Virus record (IMG/VR): IMGVR_UViG_3300020727_000009
Span: 1 to 64,000 of that record
Length of the DNA: 64,000 nucleotides
Direction: 5' to 3' (one strand)
Origin: an uncultured virus (IMG/VR IMGVR_UViG_3300020727_000009)
Taxonomy: Duplodnaviria; Heunggongvirae; Uroviricota; Caudoviricetes
Part shown: positions 45,204 through 53,210 of the stretch, piece by piece
How positions within the stretch are numbered: the first letter of the stretch is position 1
Layout: every line of letters starts with the position of its first letter
Translations under genes and position numbers: made by a program
Notes under the pieces: generated by a model
The model's input: the letters and a program-made list of their open reading frames with translations, nothing else
What the model was told of the DNA's origin: nothing
Databases searched by the model: none

Positions 45204-46425
45204 CGAAGAGAGGTTAATCTCTAGGGTAGTACGTACCCGTGAGATCATACCTGCCTTAGAGGCCGGGTTAGAAGACAACTGGTTTTACAATGCGGAGAAC
45301 CGAGCTGTCTGGAAGTTTATTAGGCAGCACTGGACAAAGTACGAAGAGGTCCCAACAGCCGTAACGGTTAAGGATAACTTCCCTACTTATCGTTTGCTTG
45401 CCGTAGAGGATTCGCTTGAGTACCTTGTAGATCAACTAGTTGACTACCGTAAGCGCCAGAAGACTATTGAGGTTGTGCAGAACGCTGCAGAGTCCATTGC
45501 TTCTGGAGATCACGAGAAGGCCATCGCAGAGATGGCTCAAGGTATCTCTACAATCTTTGACGAGGGCATCGCACAGACCTCTGATATAGATCTTACTGAG
45601 GCGCCTGAAAAGCGCTTTGATGAGTACATGTCTATCAAGACTCGTGATGGGGGTCTGCTTGGCTACCGCACCGGCTTCAAGACTATTGACGAAGCTACTG
45701 CCGGGTTACAGCCAGGTCAGCTAATTACTATCATTGCTCCTCCTAAGACAGGTAAGTCTGTGCTAGCTATGCAGATTGCTGTTAACGTGCACGAAGATGG
45801 TTACGTCCCTATGTTCCAGTCTTTTGAGATGACCAACATTGAGCAGCAACACCGTCACGATGCAATGCGAGCTAAGATTGCCCACTCTCGACTTGTTCGT
45901 GGAAACCTCAACCTTGACGAAGAACGCCGGTACAAAGAGGCGCTTAAGAAGATGGACTCCATGCAGAAGTTCTATCTTACGGATTCTTCCTCTGCTATGA
46001 CTGTCTCAGGACTTCAAGCAAAGATCGAAAAGATTCGTCCAGATATTGTTTTTGTAGACGGCGTGTACTTGATGGTGGACGAGGCAAGCGGAGAGTCAAA
46101 TACTCCGGGAGCACTTACCAGCATTACTCGTAACCTAAAGCGTTTGGCGCAAAGGCATAACATCCCTATCGTTATCTCAACCCAGGTTCTTCTTTGGAAG
46201 ATGAAGCGTGGCCAGGTAAGCGCAGACTCTATCGGTTACTCCTCATCATTCTTCCAAGACTCAGATGTTATCTTGGGACTTCAAAAGCAAGACGAGGAAG
46301 ATGACTCCTCACGTGAACTTCGCATCGTGGCTAGCCGTAACTCCGGCCCAGCTACTAGCGACTTACTTTGGGACTGGGAGGGCGGACGCTTTGAAGAGTA
46401 TGGATCCTTTGGTACTCAGATCTAG
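45190..46425 (+). CDS. dnaB: Replicative DnaB-like helicase
   Basis: TGF..IDE...GL.PGQL, APPKTGKS, SFEM, FVDGVYL and QDSDV motifs. Confidence 0.95.
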   Translation: MAADNEERLISRVVRTREIIPALEAGLEDNWFYNAENRAVWKFIRQHWTKYEEVPTAVTVKDNFPTYRLLAVEDSLEYLVDQLVDYRKRQKTIEVVQNAAESIASGDHEKAIAEMAQGISTIFDEGIAQTSDIDLTEAPEKRFDEYMSIKTRDGGLLGYRTGFKTIDEATAGLQPGQLITIIAPPKTGKSVLAMQIAVNVHEDGYVPMFQSFEMTNIEQQHRHDAMRAKIAHSRLVRGNLNLDEERRYKEALKKMDSMQKFYLTDSSSAMTVSGLQAKIEKIRPDIVFVDGVYLMVDEASGESNTPGALTSITRNLKRLAQRHNIPIVISTQVLLWKMKRGQVSADSIGYSSSFFQDSDVILGLQKQDEEDDSSRELRIVASRNSGPATSDLLWDWEGGRFEEYGSFGTQI

Positions 46426-46648
46426 TCCGTTTGACGGTACTCAACTCTGCATTGAAGAAGACTCAAATCTTTTCTTTCCAGAGTATTACTCGGATACAGC
46501 ACAGGTCGAAAAAGCTAAAGCAGTTTGTGACAACTGCTGGATCAAAGGCAAGTGCCTAGATTACGCAATGCAGACCCCGATGCTACAGGGCATTTGGGGA
46601 GGTACAACACCTAGAGAAAGAAAGCGGTTACGATTATCAAAAATATAA
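46400..46648 (+). CDS. whiB: WhiB-family transcription factor 1
   Basis: C...FFP...AKAVCxxC...C...GIWGGTTPRER. Confidence 0.93.
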   Translation: MDPLVLRSSPFDGTQLCIEEDSNLFFPEYYSDTAQVEKAKAVCDNCWIKGKCLDYAMQTPMLQGIWGGTTPRERKRLRLSKI

Positions 46649-46680
46649 GAGATATCCCTAAGCCAGATTATTCAGAAGCA

Positions 46681-46899
46681 ATGGACATTACAGGAGAGCC
46701 AACACACGTTTGCCCTTGCGGTTCAATGCTTTGGAATGTGCAGTGTATGTTCGAAGACTATGAGATCTCAATGTATATGCTTGAGATGGAGTGCGTACTC
46801 TGTGGAACTAAGGCAACCGCCCCAACCCCAGTAGATATGCCAGAAGATTATGTACGTGTAGATGACAGGCCTAAGGACGACTATCTAGAAGAGGACTAA
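46681..46899 (+). CDS. Small zinc-ribbon protein
   Basis: PTHVCPCG...CVLCG. Confidence 0.75.
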   Translation: MDITGEPTHVCPCGSMLWNVQCMFEDYEISMYMLEMECVLCGTKATAPTPVDMPEDYVRVDDRPKDDYLEED

Positions 46900-46900
46900 T

Positions 46901-47869
46901 ATGTATCGTGAGGGCGATGTAGAGAGTGCTTTACTCCGCATGGGTATTGAGACTACCCAGCGAGGAGATGAGCTTTTGGGTCTATGTCCTATGCACTTAG
47001 AGCGCACAGGACGTCCAGATTCAAATCCATCATGGTCAGTTAACGTTGAGACCGGTGTACACCACTGCTTCTCTTGCGGATACAAAGGTAACTTGTTTAC
47101 CCTTGTAGCTGAGGTTAACGAGTTTGAGACAGAGTTTGGACGCTTGGACTTTGATGCCGCCAAAGATTGGTTGCGTCAGAATATCGAGGTTAACTTTGAC
47201 CTGCTTGTAAAGCAGCTTGAAGAATCTAAGAACTCTTATATCCCTATCCAAAGGGTTATCGAGATGTCCGAAGCTAGGCTCGCAGTCTTTACATCTCCTC
47301 CTGAATGGGCATTAGAAGCCCGAGGATTGTCCCTAGAGGCCGCAAACTCTTACGGAGTCCTTTGGGATACTAATGCCGAATCCTGGATCCTGCCCATCCG
47401 TGAGCCATTTAGTAATAAGCTCATGGGTTGGCAGGAGAAGGGGCAGAAGAGTAGGTTGTTCCGCAACCGACCAACTGGAGTTAAGAAGTCTCAGACTTTG
47501 TTTGGTTTTGGTAACTACTCCAACGGCCCTATGATCATAGTGGAGTCTCCACTTGATTGCGTAAAGCTCTTGTCATTGGGAATCACCGGAGGTGTCGCAA
47601 CCTACGGAGCCTCCTTCAGCAAAGATCAGTTAGATCTTATGCGTTCAGCCGACAGCTTAGTTGTTGCCTTTGATAATCCAAAGGTAGATGCTGCCGGTCT
47701 TAAAGCCTCTAAAGAGATGCTGGCTAAGATCCGAGAGAACGGGCTTGAGTGTAAGTTCTTTAGCTATACCACCGAAGCCAAGGATATTGGCGATATGGGT
47801 GTGGAATCGGTTATACTGGGACTACAGACTGCTAAGCATTCTGTATTTGGAGAGGCGGCTTTTGCGTGA
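46901..47869 (+). CDS. dnaG: DNA primase (CHC2 zinc finger + TOPRIM)
   Basis: CPMH...HCFSC; IVESPLD, AFD and KDIGD motifs. Confidence 0.93.
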   Translation: MYREGDVESALLRMGIETTQRGDELLGLCPMHLERTGRPDSNPSWSVNVETGVHHCFSCGYKGNLFTLVAEVNEFETEFGRLDFDAAKDWLRQNIEVNFDLLVKQLEESKNSYIPIQRVIEMSEARLAVFTSPPEWALEARGLSLEAANSYGVLWDTNAESWILPIREPFSNKLMGWQEKGQKSRLFRNRPTGVKKSQTLFGFGNYSNGPMIIVESPLDCVKLLSLGITGGVATYGASFSKDQLDLMRSADSLVVAFDNPKVDAAGLKASKEMLAKIRENGLECKFFSYTTEAKDIGDMGVESVILGLQTAKHSVFGEAAFA

Positions 47870-48009
47870 AGTTGTTAGATAAGCTTGAGTGTTATATATG
47901 GGGGCACTCTTATATTGAGGGTTCTGGAACCCAATGCCCATTTACAGGATATACATACAGCTATTGCACATGCTGCATGAAGCGTAGAGCAACAAAGGGG
48001 GAAGAATGA
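47866..48009 (+). CDS. Small Cys/His protein (47 aa; not in ORF track)
   Basis: MKLLDKLECYIWGHSY...CPF...CTCCMKR; 4-bp overlaps at both ends. Confidence 0.7.
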   Translation: MKLLDKLECYIWGHSYIEGSGTQCPFTGYTYSYCTCCMKRRATKGEE

Positions 48010-48545
48010 TTATTGGTCTATCAGGTTACGCACAGTCAGGTAAAGATACCGTGGCTAAGTATCTAGTAGAAAACCATGGGTTTACAAGGGTTGCCTTTGC
48101 GGATCCAATTAGAACATTGCTGTATACGCTCAACCCACTTATTTCAGGCAACTCACGTTTATCTGATTTGGTTGATGAGTATGGTTGGGAGGTTTCCAAA
48201 CAAACTCCGGAAGTTCGTAGGTTGCTTCAAGAGCTTGGTGTTGGTGCTCGCAAGGTATTTGGTGAAGGGTTTTGGGTACATCAAGCAATGAAGACTATGC
48301 TAGATGAACCTAGACTAGACCTTAAATATGTTATTACAGATGTTAGATTCTTTAATGAAGCTGACATGGTACGGGCCAATGGCGGGCAGATTTGGCGTGT
48401 AGAGCGCACCGGTGTTGAGGCAGTTAACTCTCACGTATCAGAACACGATATAGATAACTGGGACTTTGACGCATACCTTCACAACAACTCCACACTCGAG
48501 GACTTAGAGTTTGCAGTTAAGGTCCGATTGATGGCGTCCATATGA
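48006..48545 (+). CDS. Deoxynucleoside monophosphate kinase
   Basis: IIGLSGYAQSGKDT, FADP, RRLLQ, ITDVRF and HVSE motifs. Confidence 0.92.
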   Translation: MIIGLSGYAQSGKDTVAKYLVENHGFTRVAFADPIRTLLYTLNPLISGNSRLSDLVDEYGWEVSKQTPEVRRLLQELGVGARKVFGEGFWVHQAMKTMLDEPRLDLKYVITDVRFFNEADMVRANGGQIWRVERTGVEAVNSHVSEHDIDNWDFDAYLHNNSTLEDLEFAVKVRLMASI

Positions 48546-48793
48546 CACACGATGAAGTTATAGCGTGGATTGATGAGGAAATCGCCAAATTAAATGAATT
48601 GATTAACAACCCTTGCGCTTGGGGTATTGAAACCGAGATTGAATACCGCGCCTCTCTCCTAGCCAACCGAGATGTGTTGGAGAGGCATCGTCAAGGAAAT
48701 AATGAAGCGGAAGAACAATGTCAAGGGTGCTTTGAGGAATTCCCCTGCCCTACCTACCAAGACATTTACAACAGGATTAGAGAGGTGATGTAG
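48542..48793 (+). CDS. Hypothetical protein (H...CxxC...PC motif)
   Basis: VLERH...CQGC...FPCPTY; resembles the C-terminus of 49304. Confidence 0.7.
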   Translation: MTHDEVIAWIDEEIAKLNELINNPCAWGIETEIEYRASLLANRDVLERHRQGNNEAEEQCQGCFEEFPCPTYQDIYNRIREVM

Positions 48794-48907
48794 GTGGACT
48801 TTCTATCAGGCGTGGCAGTTGGGTGGGCTTCGTTTCACCTTCTACTGACACTTAAAGGTGATTTTTGGTTTAACAAATCCCTACAACAAAGTGAGGTGGA
48901 GAAATGA
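48794..48907 (+). CDS. Small hydrophobic protein (37 aa; not in ORF track)
   Basis: GAGG RBS; MDFLSGVAVGWASFHLLLTLKGDFWFNK...; abuts both neighbours. Confidence 0.55.
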   Translation: MDFLSGVAVGWASFHLLLTLKGDFWFNKSLQQSEVEK

Positions 48908-49251
48908 GCGAGGCTAAATGGTACGAAGTAACACTTACCCAGACATTCTTAGTAAAGACTGAGGATATAGCAGGGACTATGAATCTTCATAAGTTCAGCA
49001 CTTTCCCTGACCTAGACCCTGACACTGAGGTTAAGTTCCAAGATGGAGAAGAAACCTATCGTGAGGTGTTTTTCTGTAACTGTGGCGAAGATTGTGGTTG
49101 TGATACTCAGGTTAATACTGAGGGTCAAGATTGTGATGATTGTTTTATAGCGCGGGAGATTGAGGCAAATTGTTTGCAACTAGGGCATAACATCGGATTC
49201 CCGTGTGAGAAGTGTGAAATTGCCGCCGCTATCGCTAGGGGTGAGAAATGA
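48904..49251 (+). CDS. Hypothetical Cys-rich protein
   Basis: GAGG RBS; several CxC/CxxC motifs. Confidence 0.7.
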   Translation: MSEAKWYEVTLTQTFLVKTEDIAGTMNLHKFSTFPDLDPDTEVKFQDGEETYREVFFCNCGEDCGCDTQVNTEGQDCDDCFIAREIEANCLQLGHNIGFPCEKCEIAAAIARGEK

Positions 49252-49303
49252 CTTCTCTACTTTACCGTTTTAGCCGTATCTACTTTACTGAAATGAGAAA
49301 GAA

Positions 49304-49744
49304 GTGAACCTAGACGAATTAATTTGGCAATGCGGAGATTGCGGTAATACCTACGAATACTCAGTTAAGTATTGCGTTAATAACTTGCTCGATAAAGTAG
49401 CAGCAGAGAAGGCTCACCATGACTTTATGGAAGAGCAATACGCGAATGAACCTAATCAAACAACTAAAGATGCTATTGAGGAAGCGAGGAAGATGAATGA
49501 CCGCGATGAATTGCTGGCAAAGATAGACGATGAAGGCGAGTTTTACGTTCAATACTTGGATTGTAAACCTGTCTTTATATCAGCCCTTCGCGCAGTAGTG
49601 GAATTGCATAAGCCAGTTGAAGTTCCTCATAATGATTACGCTACTGGACTGGGTTGTTCTGCACCTAGTTGCCTTGATAAATATGCTGAACCCAGCCCTT
49701 ACCCTTGCGAAACTATCCAAGCGATTGAGAAGGAGTTAGAGTAA
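49304..49744 (+). CDS. Hypothetical protein (ALRAVVELHKP...YPCxTIQAIEKEL)
   Basis: Looks like two fused small Zn-binding modules; possible second start at MNDRDELL. Confidence 0.65.
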   Translation: MNLDELIWQCGDCGNTYEYSVKYCVNNLLDKVAAEKAHHDFMEEQYANEPNQTTKDAIEEARKMNDRDELLAKIDDEGEFYVQYLDCKPVFISALRAVVELHKPVEVPHNDYATGLGCSAPSCLDKYAEPSPYPCETIQAIEKELE

Positions 49745-51280
49745 TTGTTTACGGGGACACTTTTACCGTATCAGGTTGAGGCCGTAGAGGCTATGGTTGC
49801 ACGCAAAAAAATGCTTGTAGCTTACGATCTTGGTTTAGGTAAGACTGTTCTAACAATTGCTGCACTTGAGGAACTTGCACCAACAGAACCTGGTATCATA
49901 ATTTGTCTATCCTCACTGAAGTATCAGTGGGCAGAACAGATTAGGAAATTCACTGGTGGCACTGCAAGTCCTTTGGTCATTGATGGAACGAAGAAACAAC
50001 GGGAGCTTCAATACGCCGATGCCCTTTCAGGAGAGTACACGCATATCATCCTCAACTATGAGCAAATTGTTAACGACTGGGATAACGGAGTTAACGGGCT
50101 CCCAAAGGGATTTATCGTATGCGATGAAGCCACAGCAATTAAATCTTTCAGATCAAAACGATCCAAATACGTAAAGAAGCTTGAAAGCCCTATCCGTTTT
50201 GCCTTGACGGGCACACCTATTGAAAACGGAAAACCGGAAGAGCTCTACAGCATTATGGAGTTTGTAGACAAAAAAGTCCTAGGTCGTTTCGACTTATTTG
50301 ATAAGACATTCGTTGTTCGTAACCATTTTGGGGGCGTACAAAGCTACCGCAACCTATCTACGTTAAGTACCAAGATGAAGGAAGCATCAGTACGCAAGCG
50401 CCAGCAAGATCCAGACGTAGCACCATATCTACCGGATACTATCTTTGCAGAGCCTATTCTTGTAGAGTTTGATAGTGCTGGGGCAAAGCTTTACAAGCAT
50501 ATTGCTAGAGAACTGCTGCAAGATCTAGATGAGGCTGTGGACTCTTTTGGTTCATCCTTTGATTTGTTTAGCCATTATTCAGGAGAAAGTACAAACCCTA
50601 TAATGGATGCCCTAAAGGGAAAGGTTATGTCAAAGCTTACGGCTCTTCGTATGCTGTGCGACCACCCAGAGCTAGTTCTTAAGTCCCGTGCTACCTCAAA
50701 ATATGTGGGAGAGTTAGAGGAGTCAGGCAAGCTTGATAAGATCTCAAGGTCTGTTAAGCTCGAGACACTCAAAGAGTATGTAGACAACTTCCTGGATCAA
50801 GACGAGCGCAATAAGGTTGTTATATTTACTAGCTATGTACATATGGTTTCTTTAATCAGAGAGAATATAGAATACGCTTCGGCGGGATATACAGGAGAGA
50901 TGGATGCAAAAACTAAAGAGGCTTCTAAGGTTAGGTTTCAAACCGATCCAGATTGTCGTATTCTTGTTTCTAGTGATGCCGGTGGCTATGGGGTGGATCT
51001 TCCTCAGGCTAACCTACTTATTAATTACGACCTCCCGTGGAATGCGGGCCTTGCGATCCAACGCAATGGAAGAATTCGTCGTGCTTCTAGTACGTGGCCT
51101 TCTATAGTAATCCAAGACTTTCTTATGGAAGGCTCTATCGAGGAAAGGCAGCACGAGATGCTAGTACAAAAGACCTCTGTTGCTAACGCAATCATTGATG
51201 GTGAGGGTATCAACGAAGCCGGTGGTGTCAACCTAACTGTTGGCACACTTAGGGCTTTTTTAGAGAACGTTTCGGTCTAG
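49745..51280 (+). CDS. SNF2-like (SF2) helicase
   Basis: DLGLGKT, DEA, LTGTP.EN, GYGVDL and QRNGRIRR motifs. Confidence 0.95.
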   Translation: MFTGTLLPYQVEAVEAMVARKKMLVAYDLGLGKTVLTIAALEELAPTEPGIIICLSSLKYQWAEQIRKFTGGTASPLVIDGTKKQRELQYADALSGEYTHIILNYEQIVNDWDNGVNGLPKGFIVCDEATAIKSFRSKRSKYVKKLESPIRFALTGTPIENGKPEELYSIMEFVDKKVLGRFDLFDKTFVVRNHFGGVQSYRNLSTLSTKMKEASVRKRQQDPDVAPYLPDTIFAEPILVEFDSAGAKLYKHIARELLQDLDEAVDSFGSSFDLFSHYSGESTNPIMDALKGKVMSKLTALRMLCDHPELVLKSRATSKYVGELEESGKLDKISRSVKLETLKEYVDNFLDQDERNKVVIFTSYVHMVSLIRENIEYASAGYTGEMDAKTKEASKVRFQTDPDCRILVSSDAGGYGVDLPQANLLINYDLPWNAGLAIQRNGRIRRASSTWPSIVIQDFLMEGSIEERQHEMLVQKTSVANAIIDGEGINEAGGVNLTVGTLRAFLENVSV

Positions 51281-51289
51281 ACTTATCCT

Positions 51290-51451
51290 ATGCCAAACGC
51301 ACCTAAGACCCCAACCCGCACCATCCGGGTATCAGATGAGCTCTGGTCTGCTGTCAAAATTAAAGCAGCCGAGGATAGCCGTACCGTCACAGATGTGATT
51401 GTAGAGGCTCTTAGAGCCTATATTGATACTGATTTGCAATCCCTAGAGTAA
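51290..51451 (+). CDS. Ribbon-helix-helix DNA-binding protein (53 aa; not in ORF track)
   Basis: MPNAPKTPTRTIRVSDELWSAVKIKAAEDSRTVTDVIVEALRAYI. Confidence 0.85.
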   Translation: MPNAPKTPTRTIRVSDELWSAVKIKAAEDSRTVTDVIVEALRAYIDTDLQSLE

Positions 51452-51471
51452 TCGGGTATCCTATAACCAGG
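51434..51471 (+). promoter_or_regulatory. Promoter, class A
   Basis: TTGCAA-N17-TATCCT-ATAACCAGG. Confidence 0.7.
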
Positions 51472-51480
51472 GGGTAAGAC

Positions 51481-51912
51481 ATGCCAAAGGTTATAAAGAA
51501 AGACGATCCAAAAGACCCAGGAATCATGGGCAAAATACGTACGTACATTACTCTTAAAAACCAAGTAGATGACCTGTCTGCTGAGCGTGATTCTTTGAAG
51601 AAGGATCTTATAGAGTTAGTGGATACTGAGGGTGAGCCAGATGAGAAGGGCCATATTTGGTACCGGTTGCCTGAAGAAGTAGAGGGCATCAATTCACTAC
51701 AGCGCCAGCGCAAGGTATCGCAAAGATTAGACTCCAGTGTTGCTGAACCTATGTTAAAAGAAAAGGGTATATACGACCGTTGTTACCAGATGGTTCCGGT
51801 ATTAGACGAGGCAGAAGTTATGGCTTGCTTATACGAGGGTCTTATCACAGAAGAAGAAATTGACGCTATGTTTCCTAAAAGCGTAACATATGTGTTCTTA
51901 GCAAAGGGTTAA
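51481..51912 (+). CDS. Hypothetical protein with N-terminal coiled coil
   Basis: First ORF after a class A promoter. Confidence 0.7.
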   Translation: MPKVIKKDDPKDPGIMGKIRTYITLKNQVDDLSAERDSLKKDLIELVDTEGEPDEKGHIWYRLPEEVEGINSLQRQRKVSQRLDSSVAEPMLKEKGIYDRCYQMVPVLDEAEVMACLYEGLITEEEIDAMFPKSVTYVFLAKG

Positions 51913-51913
51913 T

Positions 51914-52381
51914 ATGGAAGATAAGGTAGATAAGTTCTTTGAGGACCTGGATGAGTACTATCCTGGTTCAAAGAGGAAACGTCGTGCCTTAGATCCAGAT
52001 GTAGCTCCTAAGAAGCCAGTTAATTTAGATTCCTGGGATGCAAGTCCACAGGTTAAAAATCTACCGAATGGAAAGACGGTAGAACTTTACAGTGTTGGGT
52101 CATTGTGCCAAGCATTGGGAAGACCGATAGTGACCGTAAGACTTTGGGAACGCAAGGGTTATATACCACGTGCACCCTATCGTCTCAAGTCTATGATTGT
52201 AGATGGAGTAAAGAAGCCAGGATGGCGTATGTATTCCAAAGCTATGATTGAATCTGCTATCAAAAGTTTCCAAGACCGGGGCCTCATCGGTGCCCCCAGA
52301 GTTGACTGGAATAAGCATCCAGATCTATCAATTGAATTGATGGAATCATGGACGCTTATTCATAGTCAAGAAACCGAGTAA
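51914..52381 (+). CDS. MerR-like HTH DNA-binding protein
   Basis: YSVGSLCQALGRPIVTVRLWERKGYIP...WRMYS. Confidence 0.8.
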   Translation: MEDKVDKFFEDLDEYYPGSKRKRRALDPDVAPKKPVNLDSWDASPQVKNLPNGKTVELYSVGSLCQALGRPIVTVRLWERKGYIPRAPYRLKSMIVDGVKKPGWRMYSKAMIESAIKSFQDRGLIGAPRVDWNKHPDLSIELMESWTLIHSQETE

Positions 52382-52441
52382 CCACCTATCGTACGGACTC
52401 GACAGAGTCCCAGATATCAGCCAACTACCGAAAGGGTCAAC

Positions 52442-53137
52442 ATGACCAGCTCACTTAAAGTCAAGACCGCAGTACCAAACGTTAACGAGTACGCAGATCC
52501 TACAGAGGAGGAACTCGTTGAACTCTTTACAGAAGAAGATGAGAACGAAGCCCCTGAGCAATCTTCTGTAATCCAAACTGGTTGGGCAGCCGCTAAGAAG
52601 GCTACCGCAAAGACAACCAAGACTTTCGCTACTGACTTCCGTTTTGATGAGGATGTTCAGCTTATTAAGTTCATCTCTGATGAACCACACGTGTTCATGC
52701 AACACTGGATCAATCGTCCAGGCAAGAAGTCCTTCATTAGCATTGGTGAGGGCGACCCACTTATTGCTGTAGGAAGCAAGCCTGACCAGAAGTTTGCATT
52801 CACAGTTCTTAATCTCTCCGATGAAGAGCCACAACTCCAACTGATGATCGTAGGGGTACGCCTATGTGGTCAGTTAGAGAAGCTCGCCTCTAATGCAAAG
52901 ACGGGTCCCTTGAACCGTCCTGATCTCTATTGGGCAGTAAGCAAGACCGGTACAGGTACCAAGACTGCTTACTCAATCGTTCCTGTAAAGGAACGTGACC
53001 TCGCTGAGGAATGGCAACTAGACCCAGTCGCTTGCGCTGAGTTGATCAAGACAATGAAGCCTCTAGGCAGGGATGCTCTTCACATCTCTACAAAGGCTGA
53101 GTTGGCAGAGATCGCTCGAGAAATCGCAGCCAACTAA
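52442..53137 (+). CDS. Probable single-stranded DNA-binding protein (gp32-like)
   Basis: IKF...FMQHWI and VSKTGTGTKTAYSI motifs; acidic N-terminus; precedes the polymerase. Confidence 0.65.
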   Translation: MTSSLKVKTAVPNVNEYADPTEEELVELFTEEDENEAPEQSSVIQTGWAAAKKATAKTTKTFATDFRFDEDVQLIKFISDEPHVFMQHWINRPGKKSFISIGEGDPLIAVGSKPDQKFAFTVLNLSDEEPQLQLMIVGVRLCGQLEKLASNAKTGPLNRPDLYWAVSKTGTGTKTAYSIVPVKERDLAEEWQLDPVACAELIKTMKPLGRDALHISTKAELAEIAREIAAN

Positions 53138-53151
53138 TCTAGTCCATTACT

Positions 53152-53193
53152 GTTGGGGGCCCGGTTTTAACCTCCTTTCTACGGGCCCCTAAC
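53152..53193 (+). promoter_or_regulatory. Hairpin with anti-SD loop upstream of the DNA polymerase
   Basis: GTTGGGGGCCCG-gttttaACCTCCTTTCTa-CGGGCCCCTAAC. Confidence 0.7.
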
Positions 53194-53210
53194 TCAACTT
53201 AGGGAGAGCA

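Noticed and set aside
52395..52410. GGACTC-gaca-GAGTCC hairpin upstream of the SSB gene
   Set aside because: A 6-bp stem could arise by chance; no other support
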